Made by a program: the position numbers and the translations under genes
The notes under the pieces: model-generated
What the model saw: the letters and a program-made list of their open reading frames with translations, nothing else
Database searches by the model: none
Told to the model about the DNA's origin: nothing
In this document: in pieces, positions 1 through 16,077 of the stretch
Layout of the letters: each line of letters opens with the position of its first letter
Position numbering within the stretch: the first letter of the stretch is position 1
NCBI GenBank assembly: GCA_963805945.1
Contig: CAWDVP010000001.1
Coordinates: forward strand, 192,001 to 256,000
DNA: 64,000 nt
Source of the DNA: Vulcanimicrobiota bacterium
GTDB taxonomy: Bacteria; Vulcanimicrobiota; Vulcanimicrobiia; Eremiobacterales; Eremiobacteraceae
Direction: 5' to 3'

Positions 1-377
1 GCGATCTGCGCGCGCGTACCGTACGTCGAGACTATCTTCGCGACCGCATCGCCGACCGCAAGACCTTCGGTGGTACGGAGCGCGGGATTGAAGATCTCCG
101 CGCGACGTATCGTCCCGTTCTCCACCATGAATCGCAGACCGCTCGGCTCGGGCGGATGGAGATAGAAACAACTGCTGCCGGCCACCGGAGCGGTCGCGAC
201 GAAACGCACGCCGTGCGCGGCGGCCTGCGCCGGCGTCGCGCCGAAGGCGACCGGCCCGACCCCGGTGGGGCCGACGCGCGACGACGACGACAGCCCGGCG
301 GCCACGGCGACGGCGGGCAGCAGCGCGAGCGCTGCGATGCAGGCGGACCGGCACATGGCCACGTGATGGCTCGACAT
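1..377 (-). CDS. Secreted hypothetical protein (runs off window edge)
   Basis: Minus-strand open frame MSSHHVAMCRSACIAALALLPAVAVA.. with signal-peptide-like N-terminus, 8 nt downstream of the tilS stop. Confidence 0.6.
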   Translation of the reverse strand, partial: MSSHHVAMCRSACIAALALLPAVAVAAGLSSSSRVGPTGVGPVAFGATPAQAAAHGVRFVATAPVAGSSCFYLHPPEPSGLRFMVENGTIRRAEIFNPALRTTEGLAVGDAVAKIVSTYGTRAQI

Positions 378-384
378 CAGATCC

Positions 385-1740
385 TCATCCTTGTTGAACG
401 CGCAGCTCGAGAGCGCTCGTGCCGCGAGCGACGTACGGCTCCATCACACGGATTCCCACCACTGCGACGATATCCTCATCTCGGGATACCACAATCGCGT
501 CCGCCCGGCGATGTCTCGGGACGCCCGACTTCGCGAGAAAGCGCGCCAGCGGCACCGGCGTGCGCCGTCCGCTTGGGATGCACTTATCGCCTGCGCGCGG
601 CGCGCGCAGCGTCAAGTTCGTGCCCGGCGGCAGGGCTGCCGCATCCAGCAGCAGCGCATCGTCATGCGCCGCCTTGACCGAGACGCGCCGCAACGTGACC
701 CGCCCGCGCGCGTCGGAAGCCGCCGCGCGCCCGGCCGGCACCGTGATCTCAGAGCCGGCGCGCATTCGAACCCGAGCTTCGCTCGGGCACTACATCCTCG
801 GGCACCACAGCCGCGTCCGGGCCGATCACCGAGAGCTTGCCTGCCGAGAGCTCGATCCTGCCCTGGCCTGCGTGAAACGTTCCGCCGCGGCCCTCGTGGA
901 TGGCGCGCACCACGGCGTCGCAGTGGGCGAGATGGAAATCGCGCAGGCTGCCGAGCTGCCGCTTCACCGCGTGGCGGATCGTGCGGCGCAGCAGCGCCGG
1001 CGGCAACTCGCGCAACTCGCGCGTCGACAATTGGTCGGGTTGTGCGTCAGTGGCGCGCTGGTGGGCGGCGGCGGCAAGCGACTCGAGCAGGGCTTTCTCA
1101 TCCGCGAGCAGCGTCGCCGAGCGGGCGATCGAGCGGCTAGCGCCGGGCACCGCACGCTCGAGCTCGCGCACGAGCGCGCGCACCGGCGTTGCGCCGCAAG
1201 CGCAGATCCGCGTTGGTCTCATCGCCGGCCACGGCGACCCCGGAAGCGCGCACGAATTCGCGCAACTGCGCTTTGCCGTATTGCAGCAGCGGGCGCAGCA
1301 GCGCGATCCCCGGAGCGAGCTGCCGCTGGGCGCGCATGGCGGCCAGCCCGTCGAGGCCGCTGCCGCGCACCAGGGCGAGCAGCATCGTCTCGACGACGTC
1401 GTCGCGGTGATGCCCGGTGATGATGACCGGCGCGCCGACCTCGCGGGCGACGCGCACGAGCGCGCGGTAGCGCTCGGCGCGGGCGGCCGCCTCGAGGGAG
1501 ACCCCGCGGCGCGGCACCCGTACCTTGCGCGCGATGACGCTCGGCGCCCGCGTGCCGGGCTTGTGCGCGCACGGCCGCGATGTCGCGCTCGATGCCGGCC
1601 CGCGGCCGCAAGCCATGGTCGACGTAGACCGCGTGCAGGATCGCGTCGGGCATGGCTTCGCGGGCGAGCAGCAGCGCGGCGGCGCTGTCCGCGCCGCCTG
1701 AGACGGCCACGACGACGTGCCGCGGGCGCTCTCCCCGCGC
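385..1740 (-). CDS. tilS: tRNA(Ile)-lysidine synthetase (frameshifted across ~4 frames)
   Basis: VVAVSGGADS PP-loop, YVDHGLR, AARAERY, TGHHRDDVVET, C-terminal TilS_C-like domain (385-765); start approximate. Confidence 0.88.
771..793 (-). repeat. REP family C palindrome (GTAGTGCCCGAGCGAAGCTCGGG) inside tilS
   Basis: Identical to copy at 14876-14898; half copy at 797-810. Confidence 0.75.
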
Positions 1741-1744
1741 GCCT

Positions 1745-2215
1745 TTAGGAGGTGCGGCGCGCGAAGCGCTGCGCTTCGCGCTGCGCCTCTTTCCGTTTGA
1801 TCGACTCGCGCTTGTCATATTGTCTCTTCCCGCGTCCGATGCCAAGTTCGACCTTCACGCGTCCGCGTTTGAAGTACATGCGCAACGGCAGCAGCGCGTA
1901 TCCCTTCTCCTGCAGCGTGCCGGTCAGCCGCTTCAGCTCGCGCGCATGCAGCAGCAGCTTGCGATCGCGCCGCGGCTCGTGCTGCGAGAAGAACGTGCCC
2001 TGGCCATATGGGGGGATGTGCACGTTGACGAGCCAGGCTTCGCCACCTTTGAGCCGTGCATAGCCGTCGGTGAGCGAGCAGCCGTTCGCGCGCAGGCTCT
2101 TGACCTCGGTCCCCGTCAGCACGACGCCCGCTTCGAACCTGTCTTCGATCGCATAGTCGTAGAACGCCCGGCGATTGCCGGCGATCTGCTTGGTGCCATC
2201 GCCTTCCGCCGCCAC
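1745..2215 (-). CDS. smpB: SsrA-binding protein
   Basis: NRRAFYDY..FEAGVVLTGTEVKSLR..RKLLLH..GKRQYDKRE. Confidence 0.97.
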   Translation of the reverse strand: MAAEGDGTKQIAGNRRAFYDYAIEDRFEAGVVLTGTEVKSLRANGCSLTDGYARLKGGEAWLVNVHIPPYGQGTFFSQHEPRRDRKLLLHARELKRLTGTLQEKGYALLPLRMYFKRGRVKVELGIGRGKRQYDKRESIKRKEAQREAQRFARRTS

Positions 2216-2227
2216 GCCCGCGCGCTC

Positions 2228-2659
2228 CTAGACTGCGATGAAGCGCGAGCGGCCCTCGGCGTAGACCGTGCCCGCGTCGTCCTTCAGGGCGGCGCTCGCG
2301 TCGAGCACCTTGCCGCGCCGCTTATCAATGGCGCCCTCGAGCAGCAGCGGCACGCCGACCGGCGTCGGCTTGCGAAAACGGATCTCGAGCTTCGCGGTGA
2401 CCGCGCGCACGCCCGCGGCGATCGCCGCGTGCGCCATCACCTCATCGAGCAGCGTCGCGACGACGCCGCCGTGCAGCATGTCGCGCCAGCCGCTGAACTG
2501 CTGTGCCACCGACACGACGCAGCGCGCGCTGTTCGGGCCATACTCGAAGGTGAGGCGCAGCCCGTCCTCGTTGTCCGGGCCGCAGGCGAAGCAGCGCCGA
2601 TCGTCCGCCAGGCGCGAGTCGGCGGCCGCGGCGAGCGCGGCGTCGCGCGCGCCGCTCAC
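2228..2659 (-). CDS. PaaI-family hot-dog thioesterase
   Basis: CFACGPDNEDGL, HGGVVATLLDEVM. Confidence 0.9.
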   Translation of the reverse strand: MSGARDAALAAAADSRLADDRRCFACGPDNEDGLRLTFEYGPNSARCVVSVAQQFSGWRDMLHGGVVATLLDEVMAHAAIAAGVRAVTAKLEIRFRKPTPVGVPLLLEGAIDKRRGKVLDASAALKDDAGTVYAEGRSRFIAV

Positions 2660-3576
2660 TTGATGTCGCCGCGCTTGATCTTGTCGAGCTCCGATTGCGA
2701 GAACTCCGGCGCTTCGCCGTACACGATCGCCTCGGAGAAGGCGAGCTTCGCCTCGGTGAGGTTGTGGATCTTCAGATACACCTGGCCGAGCAGCGGCAGG
2801 CCGTACTGGCCGGCCTCGCCCACGTGGCCCTTGTCGAGTTCGATCGCCGTCTTGAGGTACTTGATCGAGGCGTCGTACTGGCCGAGGTCGTCCATGATCG
2901 ACCCGAGATGGTAGAACGCGTCAGGGATAGCTGGGCATCAGATTGGGGACGTCGATGAGGTAGGCGAGCGCGCGGTTCGGATCCTTGAGGTCCACCTGAT
3001 AGATGCTGGCGAGATACTCCCGCGCGAGCACGTCTTTGGGCGAGATCTGCAGCGCCGCCAGGAACTCCGCCTTCGCCCGGCTGGTCGAGTTCTCGCCAAG
3101 CCGGTAGATGCCCAGGCCTACATGCGCGGCGGCGAGGTTCGGATCGATCTGCAGGGCCGCGTTGAACGAGTCCCGCGCGTCCGGGCCGCGCGCGGTCTGG
3201 AACTGCGCCATGAACAGGTAGGTGTACGCGAGGCGCGTCTGCGCGAGCGCATCGCGCGGATTCTTGGCGACGGCCTCTTCTTCAGTGTTGGCGAGCGCGG
3301 TCAGCTCGTCCGTGCCGATGTTGCGCAGGGACGCGTTGAGGAACGACAGCGAGAACGAGTCGCTGGGCGCGATCGCGAGCGCGGCCTCGAAATCGCACTT
3401 CGCCTTGACGAAGTCGCGCGAGTAGAACGCGATGAGACCATCGCCGACGCGCGAGAGGAACGCGCGATCGTCGTACTGCGGAGCCTTGCGCCGCCTGAAG
3501 CGGCGCGCACCGCGGCGGGCATGCACAGCGCGCACGCGACGGCGGCGACGACGAGGGCGAGGCGGACGTTGTTCAT
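2656..3576 (-). CDS. Exported tetratricopeptide repeat protein (frameshifted)
   Basis: Signal peptide in 3301..3576 frame; TPR helices (ALQIDPNLAAAHVGLG) continue in 2921..3535 and 2656..2895. Confidence 0.75.
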
Positions 3577-3588
3577 CTTCTTCCTCTC

Positions 3589-4345
3589 TTACGCAAGCCG
3601 GAGTCGGCCACAGCGCCGTTCGCTCAAGATCGGCGGTAGGCTTGCCTTCGCGAATCTCGCCTGAACGGCATCCACATCATAGCCGACCCGGCGTATCTCC
3701 ACCACGCGCGCTGCGGCGTCGTAGACGCCGAACGACGCGTGCGGGATTCCGGTCGCGTGGTTGGCCCACGCTGCCGACGTTGACGATATAACGGAATTCG
3801 GGGACGATGTCGATTCGCCCGCCATGCAGGAGTCGCTGCTGAAAAGTCCTGCCCGCCGCGTCCTGGTAGTAGACTTCCGCCACGTGGCTATGCCCGACGA
3901 AGGTGAGGGGGCTTTCCGCCCGCTCGAACGCCCTGTGCGCGTCGTCCACGTTCATTATATAGTCGAAGTGCGCGACGGGCGCCCCGTGGACGATCGTGAA
4001 GCCCTCGAATCGGCGTTCCCTCGGCAGCCCCCGGAGGTACTCGCGGTTGGCCTCCGTCAGCTGCTCGCGTGTCCACTGCAGCGCCGCCTTCGCCTGGGGA
4101 TTGAAGCGCTCGTCTCCGACGCCGACCGCCGCGGCCTCGTCGTGGTTCCCGGCGATCGAGATGACGCTCCGCGCGCGCAGCAGGTCGCACACCTCGTTGG
4201 GGCTCGGGCCGTAGCCCACGATGTCGCCCAGGCAGAGCAGCGCATCGACGCGGATCTCGTCGATCGCGGCGAGCACCGCCTCGAGCGCTTCGAGATTCGA
4301 ATGGATGTCAGAGACGATGCCGTAGGTCAGCGCTGCGTCTTCCAT
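3589..4345 (-). CDS. Metallophosphoesterase (YfcE/MJ0936-like; frameshift near C-terminus)
   Basis: SDIHSN, LGDIVGYG, GNHD, HG, GHSH, NVGSVGQPRD. Confidence 0.9.
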
Positions 4346-4358
4346 CGATGCGCGATCG

Positions 4359-4946
4359 CTAGCGTTCGACGCTCAGGTCATCGACGACGCCTTTGACCCC
4401 GTGCACCCCGCGCGCGGTGTCGCGCGCGACGGTCCGCAGCGAAGCGGAAGGAACGCTGCCGGTGAGCGTCACGACCCCGCGATGCGCGCTCACGTGCAGT
4501 TTGAACGCGTTCACCCCGGTCTGTCCGGCCAACGCGACGGCGCACCTTCGCCTCAAGCGCGACGTCGTCGGCGATCTCGTTGCCCGTCGGCGCCTTCGGA
4601 TTGACCGCGATGATGAAGGCCGTGCCCTTCACCCCGTCGATCTTGCGCACCGCTTCCTCGAGCTGCTCGCGCTCTTGCAGTGCTGCGCACCTGTCCGGCC
4701 ATGCTCACGAAGCCCTTCGTGCACGACACCTTGATGAGCGACACGGTGGCGGGGTCGAGCTCGGTGGCTTTGGCGCGGACCTGCGCGCACAGCCATACGT
4801 CGCTCGCCGAGCGCTGAAATGGCCTGGCTGCGTCTGATCTTGGTCTGCCTTGCTGCAGGCGCTTGCACAGTGCGACGGCGAGCGCGCCTGCGAACGCGAT
4901 CGCGAGACGCCAGCCGAGCGATGACCCGTGTGTTCCGTCGTTCCAT
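4359..4946 (-). CDS. Dual BON-domain (OsmY-like) protein, frameshifted
   Basis: VSAHRGVVTLTGSV..VHGVKGVVDDLSV plus an upstream BON repeat (VRKIDGVKG). Confidence 0.7.
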
Positions 4947-4951
4947 TCGAT

Positions 4952-6244
4952 TCACCACAATCCGTTGCTGCGCGTGAGCGGGAGCGCCTCTATCCTGGTC
5001 CCTGCCTCGAGCCGGCCGGTGCCGGCGGGGACGCGCACGAGCGCGTCCGCAAAACCGAGGATGTGCATCTGCGCGGACGTGCCCGTCAGCGGCGTCGCTT
5101 CCAGCGTGCCGGCGCCTGCCGCCAGCCGTACCGGCACGATGCGCTCGATCTCGCGCGCTCCGTCGATGGGCTCGCGCAGCCGCGCTTGCACGCGCGGCGT
5201 GTCGTCCGTTTTGTCGAACAAGCGCAGCAGGACCGGCTTGCCCAGCGTCTCGAGCATGACCACGCCGACGCCGGGTTCCCGGCGAAACCGGATCGAGCGA
5301 CTTCTCATCCTCGATGCCGACGTCGTCGGCCGCCTCTGCCGCGCCGCCGCTCCATGAGATCACACCTGGAGCGCCTGCGGCGGCGACGACCCGCGGCGTG
5401 TACGATCGAGTTCGCCCGACGCTCGATCCGGCCCGAGATGACGACTGCCGTCGCATTTCGTCGAGCGCTCGCCGCAGCACAGCGGCGAGATCTTCGCGGC
5501 GGTACGGCGACGAGGGGGACGCCCTGGGCGCCGCCGAACCCAGGGCGCGCAGAGGCGCACACCTCCGGCGCGATCCCATTGATGGCGTGTTTTTTCGCCG
5601 GCGCGCGGCGACTGCCCCGGCGCGGCGATCTCGTCGCCGCTTCACACAGGCCGAACGATAGACAGTTCGCCGGAGACGGGATCTCCATCACGGCCGCTCC
5701 CACGAGCATGCCGACCGCGCCTGCGGTCGAGCGCATCGCCGCGCGCGGCGAGCAGTTCCGCGCGGGCGACGTCGGCGCCACGCTGGGTCACATGTCCCTG
5801 CGCGGCCGTCGTCTCACGGATCTCGATCGGACCCGTCCGACTCAGATGCGGTTAAGCCCGCCTGATGACGCCGGCTGCGCGCCCTCGGGCGGCGCCCCGC
5901 GGATCGGCGCGCGCGTCGCCTCGCCGCGGCACAGGCCGCGCGCCGCCGTCGCACCCATGCGGACCTCGCCGAGCGATCGATCAACCGGATCGACGCGGCG
6001 CCGAGCGGCCTGCATGTCTTCGACGATGACGGCGAAGCCATCCAGCGCTCGAGCAGGTGATAGGCCAGCACATCCTCTTCTTCCGCCCGCACGGCATCCG
6101 CGGCGTACAGGCCCCGCGGCGGGAGAGCAGCCCGCCGCCGGATCTTCGCTCGACAGCGACATGCCGGATTCGGTGAGCGAGGACGGCGCAGAACCACTTC
6201 GTCCAAGCCAGACCACAGCGCCGGATGTCGTCGACCTTCTGCAT
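4952..6244 (-). CDS. moeA: Molybdopterin molybdotransferase, heavily frameshifted
   Basis: C-terminal MoeA-like domain (PVRL..ATPLTGTSAQMHILGFADALVRVP..LEAGTRIE); GGAGG RBS before ATG at 6244; N-terminal part poorly readable. Confidence 0.6.
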
Positions 6245-6372
6245 GACTTCCAGCCTCCAGTCTCCACGACGGGGCGCGGGCAACTCGATGCCAGTCGAGA
6301 ACTTTGTCGTTTGCTGCGCCCTAACAGGTCACCCGCTCCGCGTCGGCGACCAGGGCGGATCGTCGAAGACGG

Positions 6373-7467
6373 ATGGCTCCGCGTTTCTTCGACGACATGC
6401 TCGCGCGGGCATGCTCGCGGGCGCGTCTGACCTGCGCCTGGTCGACAAGTTACCGTCCAACGATGCGCGTGACGGCGACCTCGGCAAGCTCAACGACAAC
6501 ATCCTCGCCCAAAGAGGACATCGAACCGCTTCATCCGCCAGATGCTCAGCGACGGACGAGTCGAAGAGACCGTGGTCAAGGACATCGGCCTCGACCTCGC
6601 ATAACATCGACGACGTATCGCGCTTCCGCGTCGACGTCTGCTACGAACGCCGGCGCCTGAGCCGTGACTTCCGGGCCGTTCCCCTTGACCCCGCCCAGCT
6701 TCGATGAATGGATCTCTTCCAAGGACGTTCCCGGAGCTCCTCGCAGAATCCGCGCGGCCTCGTGCTGGTCACCGGCCCACGGGCTGCGGCAAGCGACGAC
6801 GCTTGCGGCGATGCTCGACTACATCAACCGGCCTGACGCCGCTACCACATCATCACCATCGAGGACCCGATCGAGTTCATCCACCCGCACCAGTCGGTCG
6901 ATCGTCGCAGCGCGAGGTCGGCCACGACACCACCGTTCGCGGCGGCGCTGAAGCAGGCGCTGCGCCAGGACCCGGACGTGATCCTCGTCGGCGAGATGCG
7001 CGACCACGAAACGATCGAGTCGCGCTGACCGCGGCCGAGACGGGCCACCTCGTTTTCGCGACGCTGCACATCGACAGGTGCGACCGAGACGGTCAACCGC
7101 ATCATCGACGTCTTCCCGGTCGACCAGCAGGAGCAGGTCCGGATCCAGCTCGGCGGCATGTTCAAGGCGGTGCTCGCCCAGTGCCTCATCCCGCGAGCGA
7201 GCGGCACGGACGGGTCTCCGCCATGGAGATCCTGCTCGGCACGCCCGCCGTGCGCAACCTCATCCGCGAGAACAAGCCCTCGCAGATCATGTCGACGATG
7301 CAGACGAGCGCGAAAGAAGGCATGCAGTCGCTCGAGAAGCATCTCACCGAGCTCGTCGTCGCCGGCACGATCACGCGCGACCGGCCATGGAGTATTCGTC
7401 ACATCCCGAAGAGCTGAAGCGCTCCCTGGGCGGGCCGCCGCCGCCGCCGCGCTTCCCCACGGACTAG
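6373..7467 (+). CDS. pilT: Type IV pilus retraction ATPase PilT/PilU, frameshifted
   Basis: [59 protein letters not shown]. Confidence 0.88.
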
Positions 7468-8732
<1,265 letters not shown>

Positions 8733-8838
8733 CGCGGGACCGCCCGCCCTCGCCGTCCAATCGAGCCCGCACAGCGCACAACGCGGCGTCACCCGCGCAG
8801 CCCTTGTCGCCTGCGCTTCTCGGCATGGAGAATTGCCT

Positions 8839-9344
8839 GTGAGATCATTCTGGAGAATGCGCGCTCTTGGCGGCGATCACGATCGTCGCTGCGTCGCTTC
8901 AACACGACATACTCGAAAGCAGCGAGCATTCCGGCTGCGGTAAACCCAGCCACGGGCTTCACGCTGCATATCGACGCGAAGCAGCATTTCCGACAGCGAT
9001 CCGAACGCTATCGCCTGCATCGCTGGTCCCGGCCTGCAGCAGACGACATCAGGGAATGTCGGATCTATGGCACCGACGCTGCCGACGCGCGGCTAGTCGT
9101 CGGTACGAGGTCGTCGTACCTACGGCGATGTGGAAGACCTTCCCGCCACGGCAGGCGCTATCGAGCGTTACCATCGCACCGAGATCCCGAAAGTCTCGCC
9201 CACGCTCCCGGGCATGAGCCAGGAAGAGGCCAGAGGGTGATCGAGGGCATGCTCGAGAGCTACGGCAAAGTGTACCTGTTGTGGGACCCGACCACAAATG
9301 CCGCTTTGACGGGGCCGACCCTTCGTCTTCCCATCCTCAAATAG
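8839..9344 (+). CDS. DUF1264/OBAP-like exported protein, frameshifted
   Basis: Reconstructed across frames: LHIDAKQHF..ECRIYGTDAADARLV..EVVVPTAMWKTFP..YHRTEI..YGKVYLLWDP. Confidence 0.5.
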
Positions 9345-9481
9345 GCTTCGGATCCAGAGGTGAGCATTGCTCTCCTCCTTCTCCTACCGCTACTGCGAAC
9401 GTCTGTTCCTAGATCCTCGCGCGAGCGGAACCCCTGGTTCGCAGGCGGAGCCCACACAAGAACCGCGTAACATCTGCGCTC

Positions 9482-11083
9482 ATGGACACCAAAGATTCGC
9501 TCGCCGGAGTCTCGCTAAGCGCGCCGGCGCTTCCTCGTCAGGAAGAGATCGTGTCACCGGGCGCGCTTGCGTTCGTCGCAGGACTCGCGCGAGAGTTCGA
9601 GCCGGTGCGGCAGCGGCTTCTGGTGGCGCGCGCGGACCGGCAACGCGCTATCGACGCCGGAGAGATCCCGGACTTCCTCGCCGCCACCGCGCGCGTGCGC
9701 GCTGACGAATGGTCTGGCCCGGCGGCGCCGCTCGATCTCCACAACCGCCGCGTCGAGATCACGGGGCCGATCGACCGCAAGATGATGATCAACGCGCTCA
9801 ACTCGGGCGCGAACGTGTTCATGGCGGATTTCGAGGACGCGAACTCGCCGACATGGGAGAACCTGGTCGAGGGACAGGTCAATCTCATCGACGCGATCGA
9901 GCGAACGATCTCGCTCGAAACCCCTGGGAAGAGTACCGGCTCATCGAACGGCCGGCGATGCTCATGGTGCGCCCGCGCGGCTGGCATCTGACGGAGAAGC
10001 ACGTCGCTGCTCGACGGCGCGCCCGTCTCGGGCTCGCTCTTCGATTTCGGCCTCTACTTCTACCACAACGCGCGGCGGCTGCTGGAGCAGGGCAGCGGCC
10101 CGTACTTCTATCTGCCCAAGCTCGAGAGCCATCTCGAGGCGCGCCTGTGGAACGACGTGTTCAACTTCGCCCAGGACGCGCTCGGCGTGCCGCGCGGTTC
10201 GATCCGGGCGACGGTGCTCATCGAGACGATCCTCGGCGCGTTCGAGATGGACGAGATCCTGTTCGAGCTGCGCGATCATTCCGCCGGGCTCAACGCCGGC
10301 CGCTGGGACTATCTCTTCAGCATCATCAAGAAGTTCCGTAACCGCGCCGATTTCGTGCTGCCCGATCGCGGCCAGGTGACCATGACGGTGCCGTTCATGC
10401 GCGCCTACACGGAACTGCTGGTGAAGACGTGCCATCGGCGCGGCGTGCACGCGATCGGCGGCATGGCCGCGTTCATCCCGAGCCGCCGCGACGCCGCGGT
10501 CAACGACGCGGCGCTGGCGAAGGTGCGCGAGGACAAGCGGCGCGAGTCCGGCGACGGCTTCGACGGCACTTGGGTCGCGCACCCGGACCTGGTGCCGGTG
10601 GCGCGCGCGGAGTTCGACCGGGTGCTCGGCGAGCGCCCCAACCAGCTCGAACGCCAGCGCCCCGAGGTTTCGGTGAGCGCGCGCGAACTGCTCGATGTGC
10701 GCGTGCCGGGCGGGTCGCTGAGCGAGGCGGGCGTCCGCGGCGACGTCAGCGTGGGGATCCGCTACCTCGAGTCGTGGCTGCGCGGCGTCGGCGCCGCGGG
10801 CATCAACAACCTGATGGAAGACGTCGCGACCGCCGAGATCGCGCGCTCGCAGGTCTGGCAGTGGCTGCGGCATGGGTCGACGCTGTCAGACGGCAGGGCG
10901 CTCGACCGCGCCACCGTCGCGGCGATCGAAGATCAGGAGATCGCCGCGCAGCGCGAGGCGCTCGGCGCCGAGGCGTTCGCGCACAGCCGCTTCGCCGAAG
11001 CCCGGCGCATCTTCGACCGCGTCGCGCTCGATCCGGACTTCGTGGAGTTCCTCACCTTGCCGGCGTACGAGGCGCTGCCGTAG
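9482..11083 (+). CDS. aceB: Malate synthase A (frameshifted near 9940-10010)
   Basis: [73 protein letters not shown]. Confidence 0.95.
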
Positions 11084-11091
11084 ATTTCGGA

Positions 11092-11111
11092 CGGTCGAAT
11101 GAATTCGACCG
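11092..11111. repeat. REP family B palindrome CGGTCGAATGAATTCGACCG
   Basis: Between convergent aceB and DUF4139 genes; related copies at 26445-26463 and 57942-57961. Confidence 0.7.
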
Positions 11112-11116
11112 CTCCA

Positions 11117-12580
11117 TCACACCCGTATCCGCACCGTGTAGGCGAGCGTCGTCTTGCCGTTCGCGGGGATCTTGATCGTCCACGTCGCGGTGCCGCTCGA
11201 CGTCTTGACGTGCGGCTCCGTCTCGCTCTCGATCGTCCAGTCGCCGGGCATCGGCTCGACGACCTTGAGCAGCACCGGCGCATCCTTGGCGTTGCGCATC
11301 TCGATCTCGAACGAAGCCTCGTAGGTGCTGACGCCGTTGCTCGAGCCGAGCGTGTGCCAGTCGGTCTGCTTCTTCGTCGCCGTCACGTCGAACGACTCGC
11401 CCAGGAAGAGCCGCACCTTCTCCCGCCGCGGGGTGTGGTCGATGCTGTCCTCACCGACGAACTGCGCGTTGCCCTGCGAGTCGCGCTTGTAGATCCGCAC
11501 GATGCCCTTGGGCAGCGCGATGCCCAGCCCGCCGCCCTCGTTGGTGAACTCGATGTAGACGCCCGGCTTGAGCTTCTGGCCGAGATCGCCCGCCCGCTCG
11601 GTGTAGTAATACTCCTGGCCGCGCAGCTCGAGCGATTTCGTGACCGGAATGCGCGAGGCGGAGAGCAGCGCCACCTGTTTCGTCTGGTTGTCGGCGATCG
11701 ATGTCGGCCGGTCGAGCGTGTAGAGGTGATATTCGAAGAGGTTCTCGGTGCGGAACTGATCCGCCGTCTTGGCGAGCGCCGCCATGCTGCGGACCTCGTT
11801 TTGTCCACCCTCGCCCGCCGGCACGCGATTCACGTTGCCGGCCACCAACTGCAGGTGGGCGTTGTCGTACGACGCGCCGCTCGTGTTGGACAGCGTCACC
11901 AAACCGTTGAGGTCGAGCCGGTCGTCCGTCGCGTTGAGCGAGCCCACATAGTCGGCGCGCCAGGAAAGGCCGCCGGTGAGATAGTCGAGTTCGACCGTCT
12001 GCGGCCCCTCGAACGAATTGTCGAGGTCGGTCACCAGCGTCGGGCGATCCCGCAGGTTGGGCGGGATCGAGCTGTAGATGATGCGTCCGTCGACGCTCGT
12101 CTCGATGCGGTTGGCGTACTGCAGCACCACGCCGCCGGTGACGCTGAGGATCTTCGCCTGCTCGCGCGTCTCGACACCCGTCTTGTAGTTGGTGTGCACG
12201 ACGGTCACGTCGCGGCCGACGTTCTTCTCGAGCAGCTTCTCCGGGCTCAGCAGGTCGAAATCGAAGTTCTGCTCGATCACCGAGATCGCGCCGGGCGAGG
12301 TGATGCTGTGGAACAGCGCGGTCGTCGGATCCATGTTCGCGCTCACGTCGCGCAGCGCGAGCCGCTCGACGCCTTTGGGCAGCAAGATGCGGCGCTCGTC
12401 GCGGACAAGCGCGAGATTATCGTTATAGATGGTCAGCGATACGGCTTGTTGATCGGCAAGCGTGCTGGTGCGCTCTCCCGGCTCCGCCAGGACCGCGTGT
12501 TCGGGAACGGCGGACATGAGAAGCGCGCACAGCGCCCCGATCGCCGAGGGAAGAATCGACAGGGTCCGATGCTGGGACAT
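11117..12580 (-). CDS. DUF4139 domain-containing exported protein
   Basis: LTIYNDNLALVRDER, EQNFDFDLLSPEKLL, YLTGGLSWRADY, GEDSIDHTP. Confidence 0.85.
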   Translation of the reverse strand: MSQHRTLSILPSAIGALCALLMSAVPEHAVLAEPGERTSTLADQQAVSLTIYNDNLALVRDERRILLPKGVERLALRDVSANMDPTTALFHSITSPGAISVIEQNFDFDLLSPEKLLEKNVGRDVTVVHTNYKTGVETREQAKILSVTGGVVLQYANRIETSVDGRIIYSSIPPNLRDRPTLVTDLDNSFEGPQTVELDYLTGGLSWRADYVGSLNATDDRLDLNGLVTLSNTSGASYDNAHLQLVAGNVNRVPAGEGGQNEVRSMAALAKTADQFRTENLFEYHLYTLDRPTSIADNQTKQVALLSASRIPVTKSLELRGQEYYYTERAGDLGQKLKPGVYIEFTNEGGGLGIALPKGIVRIYKRDSQGNAQFVGEDSIDHTPRREKVRLFLGESFDVTATKKQTDWHTLGSSNGVSTYEASFEIEMRNAKDAPVLLKVVEPMPGDWTIESETEPHVKTSSGTATWTIKIPANGKTTLAYTVRIRV

Positions 12581-12644
12581 GATGCCCTCCTCAACCGCCC
12601 CTGTGTCGTGTGGGGCGGCTTGAAGGTTCAATGCCCGAGAACCG

Positions 12645-16023
<3,379 letters not shown>

Positions 16024-16026
16024 CAA

Positions 16027-16054
16027 GGGCCGATCTGAAGATCGGCCCCTACAT
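16027..16054 (-). repeat. REP family A GGGCCGATCTGAAGATCGGCCCCTACAT
   Basis: Near-identical copies at 41729-41756 and 55073-55140. Confidence 0.8.
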
Positions 16055-16077
16055 CTACATCGTTCGTCGATGCGACC

